DNA of 12,759 nucleotides from a virus (Duplodnaviria; Heunggongvirae; Uroviricota; Caudoviricetes): IMG/VR virus record IMGVR_UViG_2877291059_000001; one strand, 5' to 3'. Shown piece by piece: positions 1 to 8,420 of this stretch (position 1 is its first letter; each line of letters starts with the position of its first letter). The notes under the pieces were generated by a model. It saw only the letters and a program-made list of their open reading frames with translations, ran no database searches and was not told where the DNA came from. The position numbers and the translations under genes were made by a program.

Positions 1-938
1 ATGGTCAGAACCCTAAAGGCCATGACAGATTTCGCTGCCGTGACGTTGGCAGTAAAGCCCGGCAACACTGGCTCTGGTTACGCGTATAACACCAAAACAG
101 GGGGGGTACTGGCCTACACTTTTGGTCCCCGTACCGATGAAACCTGCCGGGAACTACTGGCACTGCTTACGCCATTCAACATCGGCATGATCACCAGCGA
201 GGTGATGCCTCTAATTAGTTGAATCTGATGTATAATGCGGGCTTTGGTGATGCCTCTAATTAGTTGAATCTGATGTATAATGCGGGCTTTTGAGGTTCTT
301 TCATGGCCAGCGTTAACATTCATTGTCCTCGTTGTCAGTCTGCACAGGTCTACGGTGATGCCTCTAATTAGTTGTTTTTCAGCTCACTTACACTTATGAG
401 GCCCGTAAGCCGGGCATTAAAGGGTTCGCGATACCGCAGGACACTGAAATTGGCATTAACACCGTCATCCGGACTTTAAAAAACTCACGCCAAAGCGAAT
501 AACGTCTTCGCCCGTTGCTCATGCCGATGTGGCGCTTATCTGCGAACTTGATGAGCAATGGAGTTTCGTTGGCAGTAAAGCCCGGCAACACTGGCTCTGG
601 TACGCGTATAACACCAAAACAGGGGGGGTACTGGCCTACACTTTTGGTCCCCGTACCGATGAAACCTGCCGGGAACTACTGGCACTGCTTACGCCATTCA
701 ACATCGGCATGATCACCAGCGACGACTGGGGCAGCTATGGCCGGGAAGTGCCGAAGGATAAGCATCTGACCGGAAAAATATTCACCCGACGGATTGAGCG
801 CAATAACCTGACGCTGCGCACCCGCATTAAGCGCTTGGCTCGTAAAACAATCTGCTTCTCGCGTTCAGTAGAGATCCACGAAAAAGTCATCGGGACGTTT
901 ATTGAAAAACACATGTTCTACTAATTGGAAGCATCACC
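1..938 (+). mobile_element. IS1-family element (divergent IS1 isoform), rearranged, left part beyond window edge
   Basis: Right terminal IR at 909-938 (revcomp GGTGATGCTTCCAATTAGTAGAACATGTG). InsA- and InsB-like coding segments in IS1 gene order. Extra copies of the left end GGTGATGCCTCTAATTAGTTG... start at 201, 246 and 354 inside the element. Family call from recognition of InsA/InsB-like translations. Confidence 0.8.
529..924 (+). pseudogene. insB: IS1-family InsB transposase, C-terminal portion only
   Basis: Translation ...WLWYAYNTKTGGVLAYTFGPRTDETCRELLALLTPFNIGMITSDDWGSYGREVPKDKHLTGKIFTRRIERNNLTLRTRIKRLARKTICFSRSVEIHEKVIGTFIEKHMFY resembles IS1 InsB. Upstream insA part is interrupted by deletions and IR re-insertions, so no intact InsAB frame. 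Confidence 0.7.
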
Positions 939-1006
939 GATATTTATATGTCCGGCCAAATTGAGGTGTGTTTAAATGTAATTGCACATTGATTGTAGGA
1001 GGAATA

Positions 1007-1237
1007 ATGAAAAACGCATTGCAGTTTTTGTTTGTTGCGTTCTGGTTGTTCGTATCATGTATGCCCATCATCTTCACAGCAAGGTATATGGAAAAAGTTG
1101 ATGTTTTGATATTAATATTTGGATATATAAATGCCCTTTTTTTAGGGGTGTCCATGGCGGTCATGTTTTTTGTTTTTATTTTCAACGCATTTGAAGTTCT
1201 GGACGGTGCCGGAATAGAATCAAAAATACTTAAGTAG
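1007..1237 (+). CDS. Hypothetical small membrane protein (76 aa, two predicted hydrophobic helices)
   Basis: ORF with AGGAGG at 997-1002 shortly before ATG 1007. Two long hydrophobic stretches (ALQFLFVAFWLFVSCMPIIF; VDVLILIFGYINALFLGVSMAVMFFVFIF). Visibly AT-rich relative to neighbouring phage genes. No recognisable family. Confidence 0.45.
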   Translation: MKNALQFLFVAFWLFVSCMPIIFTARYMEKVDVLILIFGYINALFLGVSMAVMFFVFIFNAFEVLDGAGIESKILK

Positions 1238-1298
1238 CGCGCAGGGATAAGAGGGATGGTCCCTTAAAGGGGAGAGCTAATTATCCGGAAGGATTCTG

Positions 1299-1550
1299 AT
1301 GATGAACATCGAAGAACTGCGTAAAATTTTTTGTGAAGATGGCCTCTATGCTGTGTGCGTTGAAAATGGAAATATTGTTAGTCATTACCGCATTGTGTGT
1401 TTGCAAAAAAATGGGGCTGCGTTAATTAATTTTGTGGATGCCCGAGTGACGGACGGATTTATCTTGCGCGACGGTGAGTTTGTCACTTCATTACAGGCAT
1501 TGAAAGAGATCGGAATAAAAGCTGGCTTTTCTGCTTTTTCAGAAGAATAA
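1299..1550 (+). CDS. Hypothetical small soluble protein (83 aa)
   Basis: ORF preceded by GGAAGGA at 1287-1293, 5 nt before tandem ATGs at 1299 and 1302. Same AT-rich block as the upstream membrane ORF. No recognisable family. Confidence 0.45.
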   Translation: MMNIEELRKIFCEDGLYAVCVENGNIVSHYRIVCLQKNGAALINFVDARVTDGFILRDGEFVTSLQALKEIGIKAGFSAFSEE

Positions 1551-1616
1551 ACTCATCTACAATCTTGCGCGGGGCTGAACTCCCGCTGAGTAACACCGTG
1601 CCACCGGAGAAAACCG

Positions 1617-1895
1617 ATGGCACGCAACGCAAAATATTACAATCATGATAATTCGACCGTTCTTGCCCACACGCACGAGCGGTATTCTCACGCATTTAAG
1701 TCAGACTGGTACCAGCATCCCCCATGCACTGAAGAACAGGCCGAATGGCTCATTCAGTGTTACCGCAGGCGCGGATGCGAGGTTAAAAAAGCCCTTAGCC
1801 TCGACTACCGTCACTGGATAATCTCCGTCAGGCTTCCTTACTCCGAACGCCCACCGCGTCCGTCCCGCACATTCCAGCAACGCATCTGGAGGTAA
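1617..1895 (+). CDS. Hypothetical prophage protein (92 aa), nin-region position
   Basis: ORF with GGAGA 6 nt upstream of ATG 1617. Stop is 1 nt before the GTG start of the downstream gene, suggesting translational coupling. Family not recognised. Confidence 0.5.
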   Translation: MARNAKYYNHDNSTVLAHTHERYSHAFKSDWYQHPPCTEEQAEWLIQCYRRRGCEVKKALSLDYRHWIISVRLPYSERPPRPSRTFQQRIWR

Positions 1896-1896
1896 C

Positions 1897-2946
1897 GTGC
1901 GGGTATTACTTCGACCTGTTCTGGTACCGGAACTCGGGCTGGTGATCGTTAAGCCGGGCCGTGAATCCATGCCGGTATTCCACAATACCCGGTTACTGGT
2001 GGAGCCGGAACCGAAAAGCATGCGTAATCTGCCGTCCGGGGTCGTTCCTGCCGCTCGCCAGCCGCTGGTGGAAGACAAAACATTGCTGCCGTTTTTCAGT
2101 AACGCACGGGTGATTCGTGCTGCTGGTGGTGCTGGTGCATTGTCTGACTGGCTGTTGCGCCATATTAAATCCTGCCAGTGGCCACACGGCGATTATCATC
2201 ACAGCGAAACCGTCATTCACCGTTATGGTACCGGCGCAATGGTGTTGTGCTGGCACTGCGACAACCAGCTGCGTGACCAGACATCCGAATCACTCGAGCA
2301 ACTTGCTCATCAAAACCTGTCAGCATGGATGATTGACGTCATCGGTCACGCAATAAGCGGTACGCAGGAGCGTGAATTATCTCTGGCTGAATTATCCTGG
2401 TGGGCGGTCCGCAATCAGGAGGCGGACGCGCTACCGGAAGCGGTATTACGTCGTTCGCTGGGGTTGCGTGCGGAAAAAATCCGCTCAATGTACTGTGAAA
2501 GCGACATCGTACCGGGAGAGCAGACCGCCACCAGCATACTGAAACAGCGCACAAAAAATCTTGCGCCGCTGCCTCACGCCCACCAGCAACAGAACCCACC
2601 ACAGGAAAAGACGGTGGTCAGCATTGCCGTTGATCCTGAGTCTCCGGAATCTTTCATGAAACGACCTAAACGTCGTCGCTGGGTTAACGAGAAATACACA
2701 CGCTGGGTGAAGACACAGCCGTGTGCGTGTTGTGGTAAGCCAGCCGACGATCCCCATCACCTGATTGGTCATGGTCAGGGCGGAATGGGGACAAAATCTC
2801 ACGATATTTTCGCGCTACCGCTGTGTCGGGAGCATCACAACGAGCTTCATGCGGATCCGCTGGCGTTCGAAGAAAAGCATGGTTCTCAGGTTGATTTAAT
2901 TTTTCGTTTTCTTGATCACGCCTTTGCAACTGGCGTGCTTGGGTAA
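1897..2946 (+). CDS. DUF968-family (YdfU-like) prophage protein with C-terminal HNH-like His/Cys motif
   Basis: 349-aa ORF, GTG start preceded by GGAGG at 1888-1892. C-terminus CACCGKPADDPHHLIGHGQGG...CREHHNELH looks like a His-Me finger/HNH motif. Size and position immediately upstream of rusA and Q match the YdfU-like family as recalled. An alternative internal ATG at 1969 cannot be excluded. Confidence 0.6.
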   Translation: MRVLLRPVLVPELGLVIVKPGRESMPVFHNTRLLVEPEPKSMRNLPSGVVPAARQPLVEDKTLLPFFSNARVIRAAGGAGALSDWLLRHIKSCQWPHGDYHHSETVIHRYGTGAMVLCWHCDNQLRDQTSESLEQLAHQNLSAWMIDVIGHAISGTQERELSLAELSWWAVRNQEADALPEAVLRRSLGLRAEKIRSMYCESDIVPGEQTATSILKQRTKNLAPLPHAHQQQNPPQEKTVVSIAVDPESPESFMKRPKRRRWVNEKYTRWVKTQPCACCGKPADDPHHLIGHGQGGMGTKSHDIFALPLCREHHNELHADPLAFEEKHGSQVDLIFRFLDHAFATGVLG

Positions 2947-2958
2947 AAGAGGTGACTG

Positions 2959-3333
2959 ATGCTCATAGATTTGGTTTTACCTTACCCGCCGACGGTGAAC
3001 ACTTACTGGCGACGCCGTGGCAGCACATATTTTATCTCGGAGGAGGGAAAGCGTTATCGCCGGGCTGTGGCGCTTATTGTTCGCCAGCAGCGGCTGAAAT
3101 TAAGCCTGTCCGGAAGGCTGGCGATAAAGGTGATTGCAGAGCCACCGGATAAGCGTCGTCGCGACCTGGACAATATCCTGAAAGCACCGCTGGATGCGCT
3201 GACGCATGCGGGAGTGTTAATGGACGATGAGCAGTTTGATGAAATCAATATCGTTCGTGGTCAGCCAGTATCTGGTGGACGTCTGGGGGTGAAGATTTAC
3301 CCCATAATGCATGAAGAGCAGGTCAAAAAATGA
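2959..3333 (+). CDS. rusA: RusA-family Holliday junction resolvase
   Basis: 124-aa translation with the ...DKRRRDLDNILKAPLDALTHAGVLMDDEQ... motif characteristic of RusA (DxxN catalytic region). RBS AAAGAGG at 2946-2952. Position before Q as in lambdoid prophages. Confidence 0.8.
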   Translation: MLIDLVLPYPPTVNTYWRRRGSTYFISEEGKRYRRAVALIVRQQRLKLSLSGRLAIKVIAEPPDKRRRDLDNILKAPLDALTHAGVLMDDEQFDEINIVRGQPVSGGRLGVKIYPIMHEEQVKK

Positions 3334-4151
3334 AACTGGAAGATTTACCGAAATACTACTCCCCAAAATCCCCTTGCCTGACCGATGCATCGGCCTCAAC
3401 GTCAAAAGATGCGCTGAGTATCACTGATGTGATGGCCGCGCAGGGCATGACACAGAATCGGGCTGAGATGGGGTTTTCTGCGTTCCTGGGGAAAATGGGC
3501 ATCAGTATGAATGACAGGGCGCGGGAAACAGAATTACTGGCAGATTATGCACTCAGTCGGTGCGATCGTGTGGCGGCGTTGAGAAAACTTCCGGCAGAAA
3601 TAAAACCGTTAGTGATGCGCATTATGGCTTCGTACGCTTTTGAGGATTATGCCCGCAGCGCAGCGAGTAAAAAGCAGTGCCCTTGTTGCTATGGGGAAAA
3701 ATTTATTGAAAGCGTAGTTTTTGCAAACAAGGTCCAGTATCCGGATGGTAAGCCGCCGGTATGGGCAAAGTGTACGAAAGGTGTGTATCCGTCTTACTGG
3801 GAAGAATGGAAAAAAGTCAGGGAGGTGGTAAAAGTTGCCTGTCCGGAGTGTGGCGGAAAGGGTGAGGTTTCCACCGCCTGTAAGGATTGCCGTGGGCGTG
3901 GTGTCGCCATTCACCGTGAAGAGTCGGTAAAACGTGGTATGTCTGTTATCAGAGACTGCCAGCGTTGTGGTGGTCGTGGCTATGAAAGACTACCATCAAC
4001 GGAGGTATTTAATGCTATATGCGAGGTGACAAACCAGATAACACGCGCGTCATGGGAAAAAACAGTTAAGAAATTCTATGATGCGCTGGTGACCCGGTTT
4101 GATATTGAAGAAGCATGGGCTGAGCGGCAGTTAAAAAAGGTAACTAGGTAA
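3330..4151 (+). CDS. Putative late-gene antiterminator Q-like protein (QuuQ-type) with DnaJ-like zinc-finger repeats
   Basis: 273-aa ORF overlapping the rusA stop (ATGA). Contains CPCC plus three CxxCxGxG repeats (CPECGGKG, CKDCRGRG, CQRCGGRG). N-terminus MKLEDLPKYYSPKSP...ITDVMAAQGM resembles what I recall of E. coli QuuQ-type Q proteins. Followed by a strong promoter and tRNAs as in Stx-type phages. Confidence 0.55.
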   Translation: MKLEDLPKYYSPKSPCLTDASASTSKDALSITDVMAAQGMTQNRAEMGFSAFLGKMGISMNDRARETELLADYALSRCDRVAALRKLPAEIKPLVMRIMASYAFEDYARSAASKKQCPCCYGEKFIESVVFANKVQYPDGKPPVWAKCTKGVYPSYWEEWKKVREVVKVACPECGGKGEVSTACKDCRGRGVAIHREESVKRGMSVIRDCQRCGGRGYERLPSTEVFNAICEVTNQITRASWEKTVKKFYDALVTRFDIEEAWAERQLKKVTR

Positions 4152-4156
4152 CAAGG

Positions 4157-4184
4157 TTGATTTTTCCGGAATCTGTGGTAGATT
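4157..4184 (+). promoter_or_regulatory. Sigma70 promoter-like site, candidate late promoter pR'
   Basis: TTGATT (4157-4162), 16-bp spacer, TAGATT (4179-4184), located 6 bp after the Q-like stop. Position matches pR'/qut of lambdoid phages. Confidence 0.45.
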
Positions 4185-4294
4185 CGTCATAACGATGGGC
4201 TTTTTATGCCTGACGTTAGAAGAGTTTCTACAACCCGCCGCCGAGCAGGTTTTTTATTGCGGAATTAATTACGGACCGTTATTATTCTGCTCCC

Positions 4295-4370
4295 GGCCCT
4301 TTAGCTCAGTGGTGAGAGCGAGCGACTCATAATCGCCAGGTCGCTGGTTCAAATCCAGCAAGGGCCACCA
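4295..4370 (+). tRNA. tRNA with CAT anticodon, tRNA-Ile2 (lysidine type) most likely, tRNA-Met not excluded
   Basis: Cloverleaf by eye: acceptor GGCCCTT/AAGGGCC, D-stem GCTC/GAGC, anticodon loop CTCATAA, T-arm GCTGG-TTCAAAT-CCAGC, discriminator A plus CCA. Close to the E. coli ileX-type sequence as recalled. Confidence 0.85.
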
Positions 4371-4468
4371 TCACAAACCGCCATTAGCTTATCAGGAAGA
4401 GCAGACGACACGATAACAGGGTTGTTGGTGCGGGGCGGGCCCCGATGGCGGTCCATTATCGGTATTCA

Positions 4469-4545
4469 GCGTTGTTAGCTCAGCCGGACAGAGCAATTGC
4501 CTTCTAAGCAATCGGTCACTGGTTCGAATCCAGTACAGCGCGCCA
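4469..4545 (+). tRNA. tRNA-Arg (anticodon TCT, reads AGA)
   Basis: Acceptor GCGTTGT/ACAGCGC (one G-U pair), D-stem GCTC/GAGC, anticodon stem ATTGC/GCAAT with loop CTTCTAA, T-arm ACTGG-TTCGAAT-CCAGT, discriminator G plus CCA. Confidence 0.85.
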
Positions 4546-4581
4546 TATTCATTCTGCCAGATTCCTTCCGGCAGAGCCTTA

Positions 4582-5362
4582 GGTGATGCTGCCAACTTAC
4601 TGATTTAGTGTATGATGGTGTTTTTGAGGTGCTCCAGTGGCTTCTGTTTCTATCAGCTGTCCCTCCTGTTCAGCTACTGACGGGGTGGTGCGTAACGGCA
4701 AAAGCACTGCCGGACATCAGCGCTATCTCTGCTCTCACTGACCGTAAAACATGGCAACTGCAGTTCACTTACACCGCTTCTCAACCCGGTACGCACCAGA
4801 AAATCATTGATATGGCCATGAATGGCGTTGGAGATGCCGGGCAACTGCACGCATTATATGGGCGTTAGCCTCAACACGATTTTACGTCACTTAAAAAACT
4901 CAGGCCGCAGTCGGTAACCTCGCGCATACAGCCGGGCAGTGACGTCATCGTCTGCGCGGAAATGGACGAACAGTGGGGATACGTCGGGGCTAAATCGCGC
5001 CAGCGCTGGCTGTTTTACGCGTATGACAGGCTCCGGAAGACCGGTTGTTGCGCACGTATTCGGTGAACGCACTACTATGGCGACGCTGGGGCTCTTATGA
5101 GCCTGCTGTACACCCTTTTGACGTGGGATAGTGGATCGGATGGGCTGGCCGCTGTATGAGGTGATGCTGCCAACTTACTGATTTAGTGTATGATGGTGTT
5201 TTTGAGGTGCTCCAGTGGCGGCATAACCTGAATCTGAGGCAGCACCTGGCACGGCTGGGACGGAAGTCGCTGTCGTTCTCAAATCGGTGGAGCTGCATGA
5301 CAAAGTCAGTCGGGCATTATCTAGAACAATAAAACACTATACAATAAGTTAGAGTCATTACC
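4582..5362 (+). mobile_element. Classical IS1, degenerate copy with an internal re-insertion of its own left end
   Basis: Starts GGTGATGCTGCCAACTTACTGATTTAGTGTATGATGG, ends ...AGAGTCATTACC. Scattered substitutions and 1-bp indels relative to the IS1 sequence as recalled. A second copy of the first ~55 bp sits at 5160-5216, replacing an insB segment. No matching 8-9 bp target duplication in the flanks. Confidence 0.8.
4637..4917 (+). pseudogene. insA: insA of classical IS1, frameshifted
   Basis: GTG start at 4637 gives [33 protein letters not shown], then a premature TGA at 4739-4741 caused by an extra A. Further indels downstream. Confidence 0.7.
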
Positions 5363-5384
5363 TCGGAGTGAAGCTGAAATTCTG

Positions 5385-6158
5385 GGTGATGCCTCTAATT
5401 AGTTGAATCTGATGTATAATGCGGGCTTTTGAGGTTCTTTCATGGCCAGCGTTAACATTCATTGTCCTCGTTGTCAGTCTGCACAGGTCTACCGCCATGG
5501 TCAGAACCCTAAAGGCCATGACAGATTTCGCTGCCGTGACTGCCACCGCGTTTTTCAGCTCACTTACACTTATGAGGCCCGTAAGCCGGGCATTAAAGAG
5601 CTGATCACTGAAATGGCCTTCAATGGTGCCGGGGTTCGCGATACCGCCAGGACACTGAAAATTGGCATTAACACCGTCATCCGGACTTTAAAAAACTCAC
5701 GCCAAAGCGAATAACGTCTTCGCCCGTTGCTAATGCTGATGTGGCGCTTATCTGCGAACTTGATGAGCAATGGAGTTTCGTGTTGGCAGTAAAGCCCGGC
5801 AACACTGGCTCTGGTACGGGTGATGCCTCTAATTAGTTGAATCTGATGTATAATGCGGGCTTTTGAGGTTCTTTCATGGCCAGCGTTAACATTCATTGTC
5901 CTCGTTGTCAGTCTGCACAGGTCTACCGCCATGGTCAGAACCCTAAAGGCCATGACAGATTTCGCTGCCGTGACTGCCACCGGTGATGCCTCTAATTAGT
6001 TGAATCTGATGTATAATGCGGGCTTTTGAGGTTCTTTCATGGCCAGCGTTAACATTCATTGTCCTCGTTGTCAGTCTGCACAGGTCTACGGTGATGCCTC
6101 TAATTAGTTGTTTTTCAGCTCACTTACACTTATGAGGCCCGTAAGCCGGGCATTAAAG
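5385..6158 (+). mobile_element. IS1-isoform composite block: one left end with intact insA, then three further left-end fragments
   Basis: GGTGATGCCTCTAATTAGTTG... begins at 5385, 5819, 5982 and 6090. Only the first is followed by full insA and the start of insB. The block ends inside insA sequence at 6158 and abuts the IS600-like left end after 7 bp. Confidence 0.75.
5442..5714 (+). CDS. insA: InsA of the IS1 isoform (90 aa, apparently intact)
   Basis: MASVNIHCPRCQSAQVYRHGQNPKGHDRFRCRDCHRVFQ... has the zinc-finger CxxC...CxxC layout and a helix-turn-helix tail as in IS1 InsA. Start 57 bp inside the left IR. Confidence 0.8.
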   Translation: MASVNIHCPRCQSAQVYRHGQNPKGHDRFRCRDCHRVFQLTYTYEARKPGIKELITEMAFNGAGVRDTARTLKIGINTVIRTLKNSRQSE

Positions 6159-6165
6159 AACCTTT

Positions 6166-7433
6166 TGAGGTAGCCTGAGTTTAACGGACACTCCTTCCTG
6201 AAATAGAATGGCATCAGAAGGAGCTAATAATGAGCAGAAAAACCCAACGTTACTCTAAAGAGTTCAAAGCCGAAGCTGTCAGAACGGTTCTTGAAAATCA
6301 ACTTTCGATCAGTGAAGGCGCTTCCCGATTATCCCTTCCTGAAGGCCCTTTAGGACAATTGGGTTACCGCCGCCAGAAAAGGGCTCGGTACTCCTGGTTC
6401 CCGCACGGTGGCTGAACTGGAATCTGAAATTCTGCAACTGCGTAAGGCGTTAAATGAAGCTCGCCTTGAGCGAGATATATTTGAGGTAGCCTGAGTTTAA
6501 CGGACACTCCTTCCTGAAATAGAATGGCATCAGAAGGAGCTAATAATGAGACAACAATTCCCATTGAAGCGATGTGTTCGGGTACCTGGTGTATCCAGGA
6601 GCGGTTATTACGACCGGGTACAGCATGAACCCTCAGAGGAGCGGTTATTACGACCGGGTACAGCATGCCCCCTCAGACAGAAAACAAAGTGATGAGCGGC
6701 TAAAACTGGAGATTAAGGTGGCACATATCCGCACTCGCGAAACATATGGAACCCGGCGGCTCCAGACGGAGCTGGAAGATAACGGAATTATCGTCGGTCG
6801 TGACAGACTGGCACGTCTTCGTAAGGAGCTGAGGCTGCACTGTAAGCAGAAACGCAAGTTCAGGGCGACCACAAACTCTGACCACAATCTGCCGGTTACG
6901 CCGAATCTGCTGAATCAGAACTTTACGCCCACAGCACCTAATCAGGTCTGGGTCGCAGATATAACGTATGTTGCCACCCGGGAAGGATGGCTGTATCTCG
7001 CCGGCGTCAAAGATGTTTATACGTGCGAAATTGTCGGTTACGCCATGGGAGAGCGCATGACGAAAGAGTTGACGGGGAAAGCCCTGTTTATGGCGCTCAG
7101 GAGCCAGCGCCCACCTGCCGGGCTAATCCACCACACCGATCGAGGTTCACAGTACTGCGCATACGATTACCGGGTCATACAGGAGCAGTCTGGTCTGAAA
7201 ACATCAATGTCGCGTAAAGGTAACTGTTACGACAACGCTCCGATGGAAAGCTTCTGGGGAACGCTGAAAAATGAAAGCCTGAGCCACTATCGTTTTAAGA
7301 GCCGGGATGAGGCCATCTCAGTAATACGGGAATACATTGAGATTTTCTACAATCGTCATCAGGGAAAAATATCATCAGATGGCTGCTTAAAAAAAGAACA
7401 AATGGTAGTGTCCGCTATTGCCAGTACACCTCA
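6166..7433 (+). mobile_element. IS3-family element, IS600-like, internally disrupted
   Basis: Left end TGAGGTAGCCTGAGTTTAACGGACACTCC, right end ...AGTGTCCGCTATTGCCAGTACACCTCA (imperfect inverted match). orfA then orfB order with DDE-type transposase translation. Left end plus ATGAG re-inserted at 6482-6551. 40-bp imperfect tandem duplication at about 6598-6677. Confidence 0.75.
6230..6480 (+). pseudogene. IS600-like orfA, frameshifted and lacking its 3' end
   Basis: MSRKTQRYSKEFKAEAVRTVLENQLSISEGASRLSLPEG... Carries an extra T near 6358 relative to the copy at 11572-11763. The C-terminal and frameshift-window segment is replaced by a copy of the left end. Confidence 0.6.
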
Positions 7434-7449
7434 GATCCAAATGGGGTGA
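6547..7449 (+). pseudogene. IS600-like orfB transposase, N-terminal region frameshifted by a 40-bp tandem duplication
   Basis: From ATG 6547 MRQQFPLKRCVRVPGVSRSGYYDRVQHEPSE then a frame change. Main open frame 6574-7449 encodes the integrase-core-like body (...WVADITYVATREGWLYLAGV...HTDRGSQY...). Confidence 0.7.
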
Positions 7450-8222
7450 TGCTTCCAATTAGTAGAACATGTGTTTTTCAATAAACGTCCCGATGACTTT
7501 TTCGTGGATCTCTACTGAACGCGAGAAGCAGATTGTTTTACGAGCCAAGCGCTTAATGCGGGTGCGCAGCGTCAGGTTATTGCGCTCAATCCGTTGGGTG
7601 AATATTTTTCCGGTCAGATGCTTATCCTTCGGCACCTCCCGGCCATAGCTGCCCCCAGTCGTCGCTGGTGATCATGCCGATGTTGAATGGCGTAAGCAGT
7701 GCCAGTAGTTCCCGGCAGGTTTCATCGGTACGGGGACCAAAAGTGTAGGCCAGTACCCCCCCTGTTTTGGTGTTATACGGGTGATGCTTCCAATTAGTAG
7801 AACATGTGTACTGCCAACGAAACTCCATTGCTCATCAAGTTCGCAGATAAGCGCCACATCAGCATGAGCAACGGGCGAAGACGTTATTCGCTTTGGCGTT
7901 GGCGTTGAGTTTTTTAAAGTCCGGATGACGGTGTTAATGCCAATTTTCAGTGTCCTGGCGGTATCGCGAACCCCGGCGCCATTGAAGGCCATTTCAGTGA
8001 TCAGCTCTTTAATGCCCGGCTTACGGGCCTCATAAGTGTAAGTGAGCTGAAAAACACGCGGTGGCAGTCACGGCAGCGAAATCTGTCATGGCCTTTAGGG
8101 TTCTGACCATGGCGGTAGACCTGTGCAGACTGACAACGAGGACAATGAATGTTAACGCTGGCCATGAAAGAACCTCAAAAGCCCGCATTATACATCAGAT
8201 TCAACTAATTAGAGGCATCACC
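7445..8222 (-). mobile_element. IS1-isoform copy in reverse orientation, disrupted
   Basis: Right IR GGTGATGCTTCCAATTAGTAG at 7445 and revcomp of the left IR ending at 8222. A 29-bp copy of the right-end terminus replaces about 25 bp at the insB start (around 7782-7810). 2-bp insertion near 8056. Minus-strand ORFs 7672-7992 and 7622-7828 are InsA/InsB fragments. Confidence 0.75.
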
Positions 8223-8235
8223 AGATTATTTTTAA

Positions 8236-8420
8236 GTGTAAGTGAGCTGAAAAACGCGGTGGCAGTCACGGCAGCGAAATCTGTCATGGCCTTTAGGGTT
8301 CTGACCATGGCGGTAGACCTGTGCAGACTGACAACGAGGACAATGAATGTTAACGCTGGCCATGAAAGAACCTCAAAAGCCCGCATTATACATCAGATTC
8401 AACTAATTAGAGGCATCACC
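8236..8420 (-). repeat. Tandem partial duplicate of the IS1-isoform left end (first ~185 bp) with its 13-bp flank
   Basis: 8236-8420 repeats 8038-8222 nearly exactly. The 13-bp junctions AGATTATTTTTAA (8223-8235) and AGTTATTTTTCAG (8421-8433) are near-identical. Confidence 0.7.

Noticed and set aside
968-1006. N-terminal extension MFKCNCTLIVGGI of the membrane ORF
   Set aside because: There is no RBS before ATG 968, whereas AGGAGG directly precedes ATG 1007.
1567-1590. Hairpin GCGGG...CCCGC after the 83-aa ORF as an intrinsic terminator
   Set aside because: The stem is short and is not followed by a U-tract. At most it is a weak structure.
1701-3914. Minus-strand ORFs 1701-2078, 1993-2256, 2339-2602, 2485-2802, 2684-2929, 3054-3248 and 3609-3914
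   Set aside because: All are antisense to well-supported plus-strand genes, lack RBS context, and are Arg/Pro-rich in the way typical of the reverse frame of GC-rich coding DNA.
4371-4468. Third tRNA between tRNA-Ile2 and tRNA-Arg, as in three-tRNA Stx phage clusters
   Set aside because: No acceptor-stem pairing, no GTTCRANYC T-loop, and no 7-nt anticodon loop could be found by eye.
4553-4575. Stem-loop TCTGCC...GGCAGA after tRNA-Arg as a terminator
   Set aside because: The loop is 11 nt and there is no U-tract. The classical IS1 begins 6 bp later, so any original terminator tail would have been displaced.
4608-4868. 86-aa [19 protein letters not shown]... as a gene
   Set aside because: It starts inside the classical IS1 left IR in the wrong frame and only joins the insA frame after indels. 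It is an artefact of the frameshifted insA.
5363-5384. 22-bp spacer between classical IS1 and the IS1 isoform as an IS600 fragment
   Set aside because: It only loosely resembles CTGAAATTCTG in IS600 orfA, which is too short and imperfect to call.
201-6110. Possible CRISPR-like array from the repeated GGTGATGCCTCTAATTAGTTG units
   Set aside because: The repeats are IS1-isoform terminal inverted repeats with irregular spacing (45 to over 400 bp). The intervening sequence is IS coding sequence, and there are no cas genes or leader.
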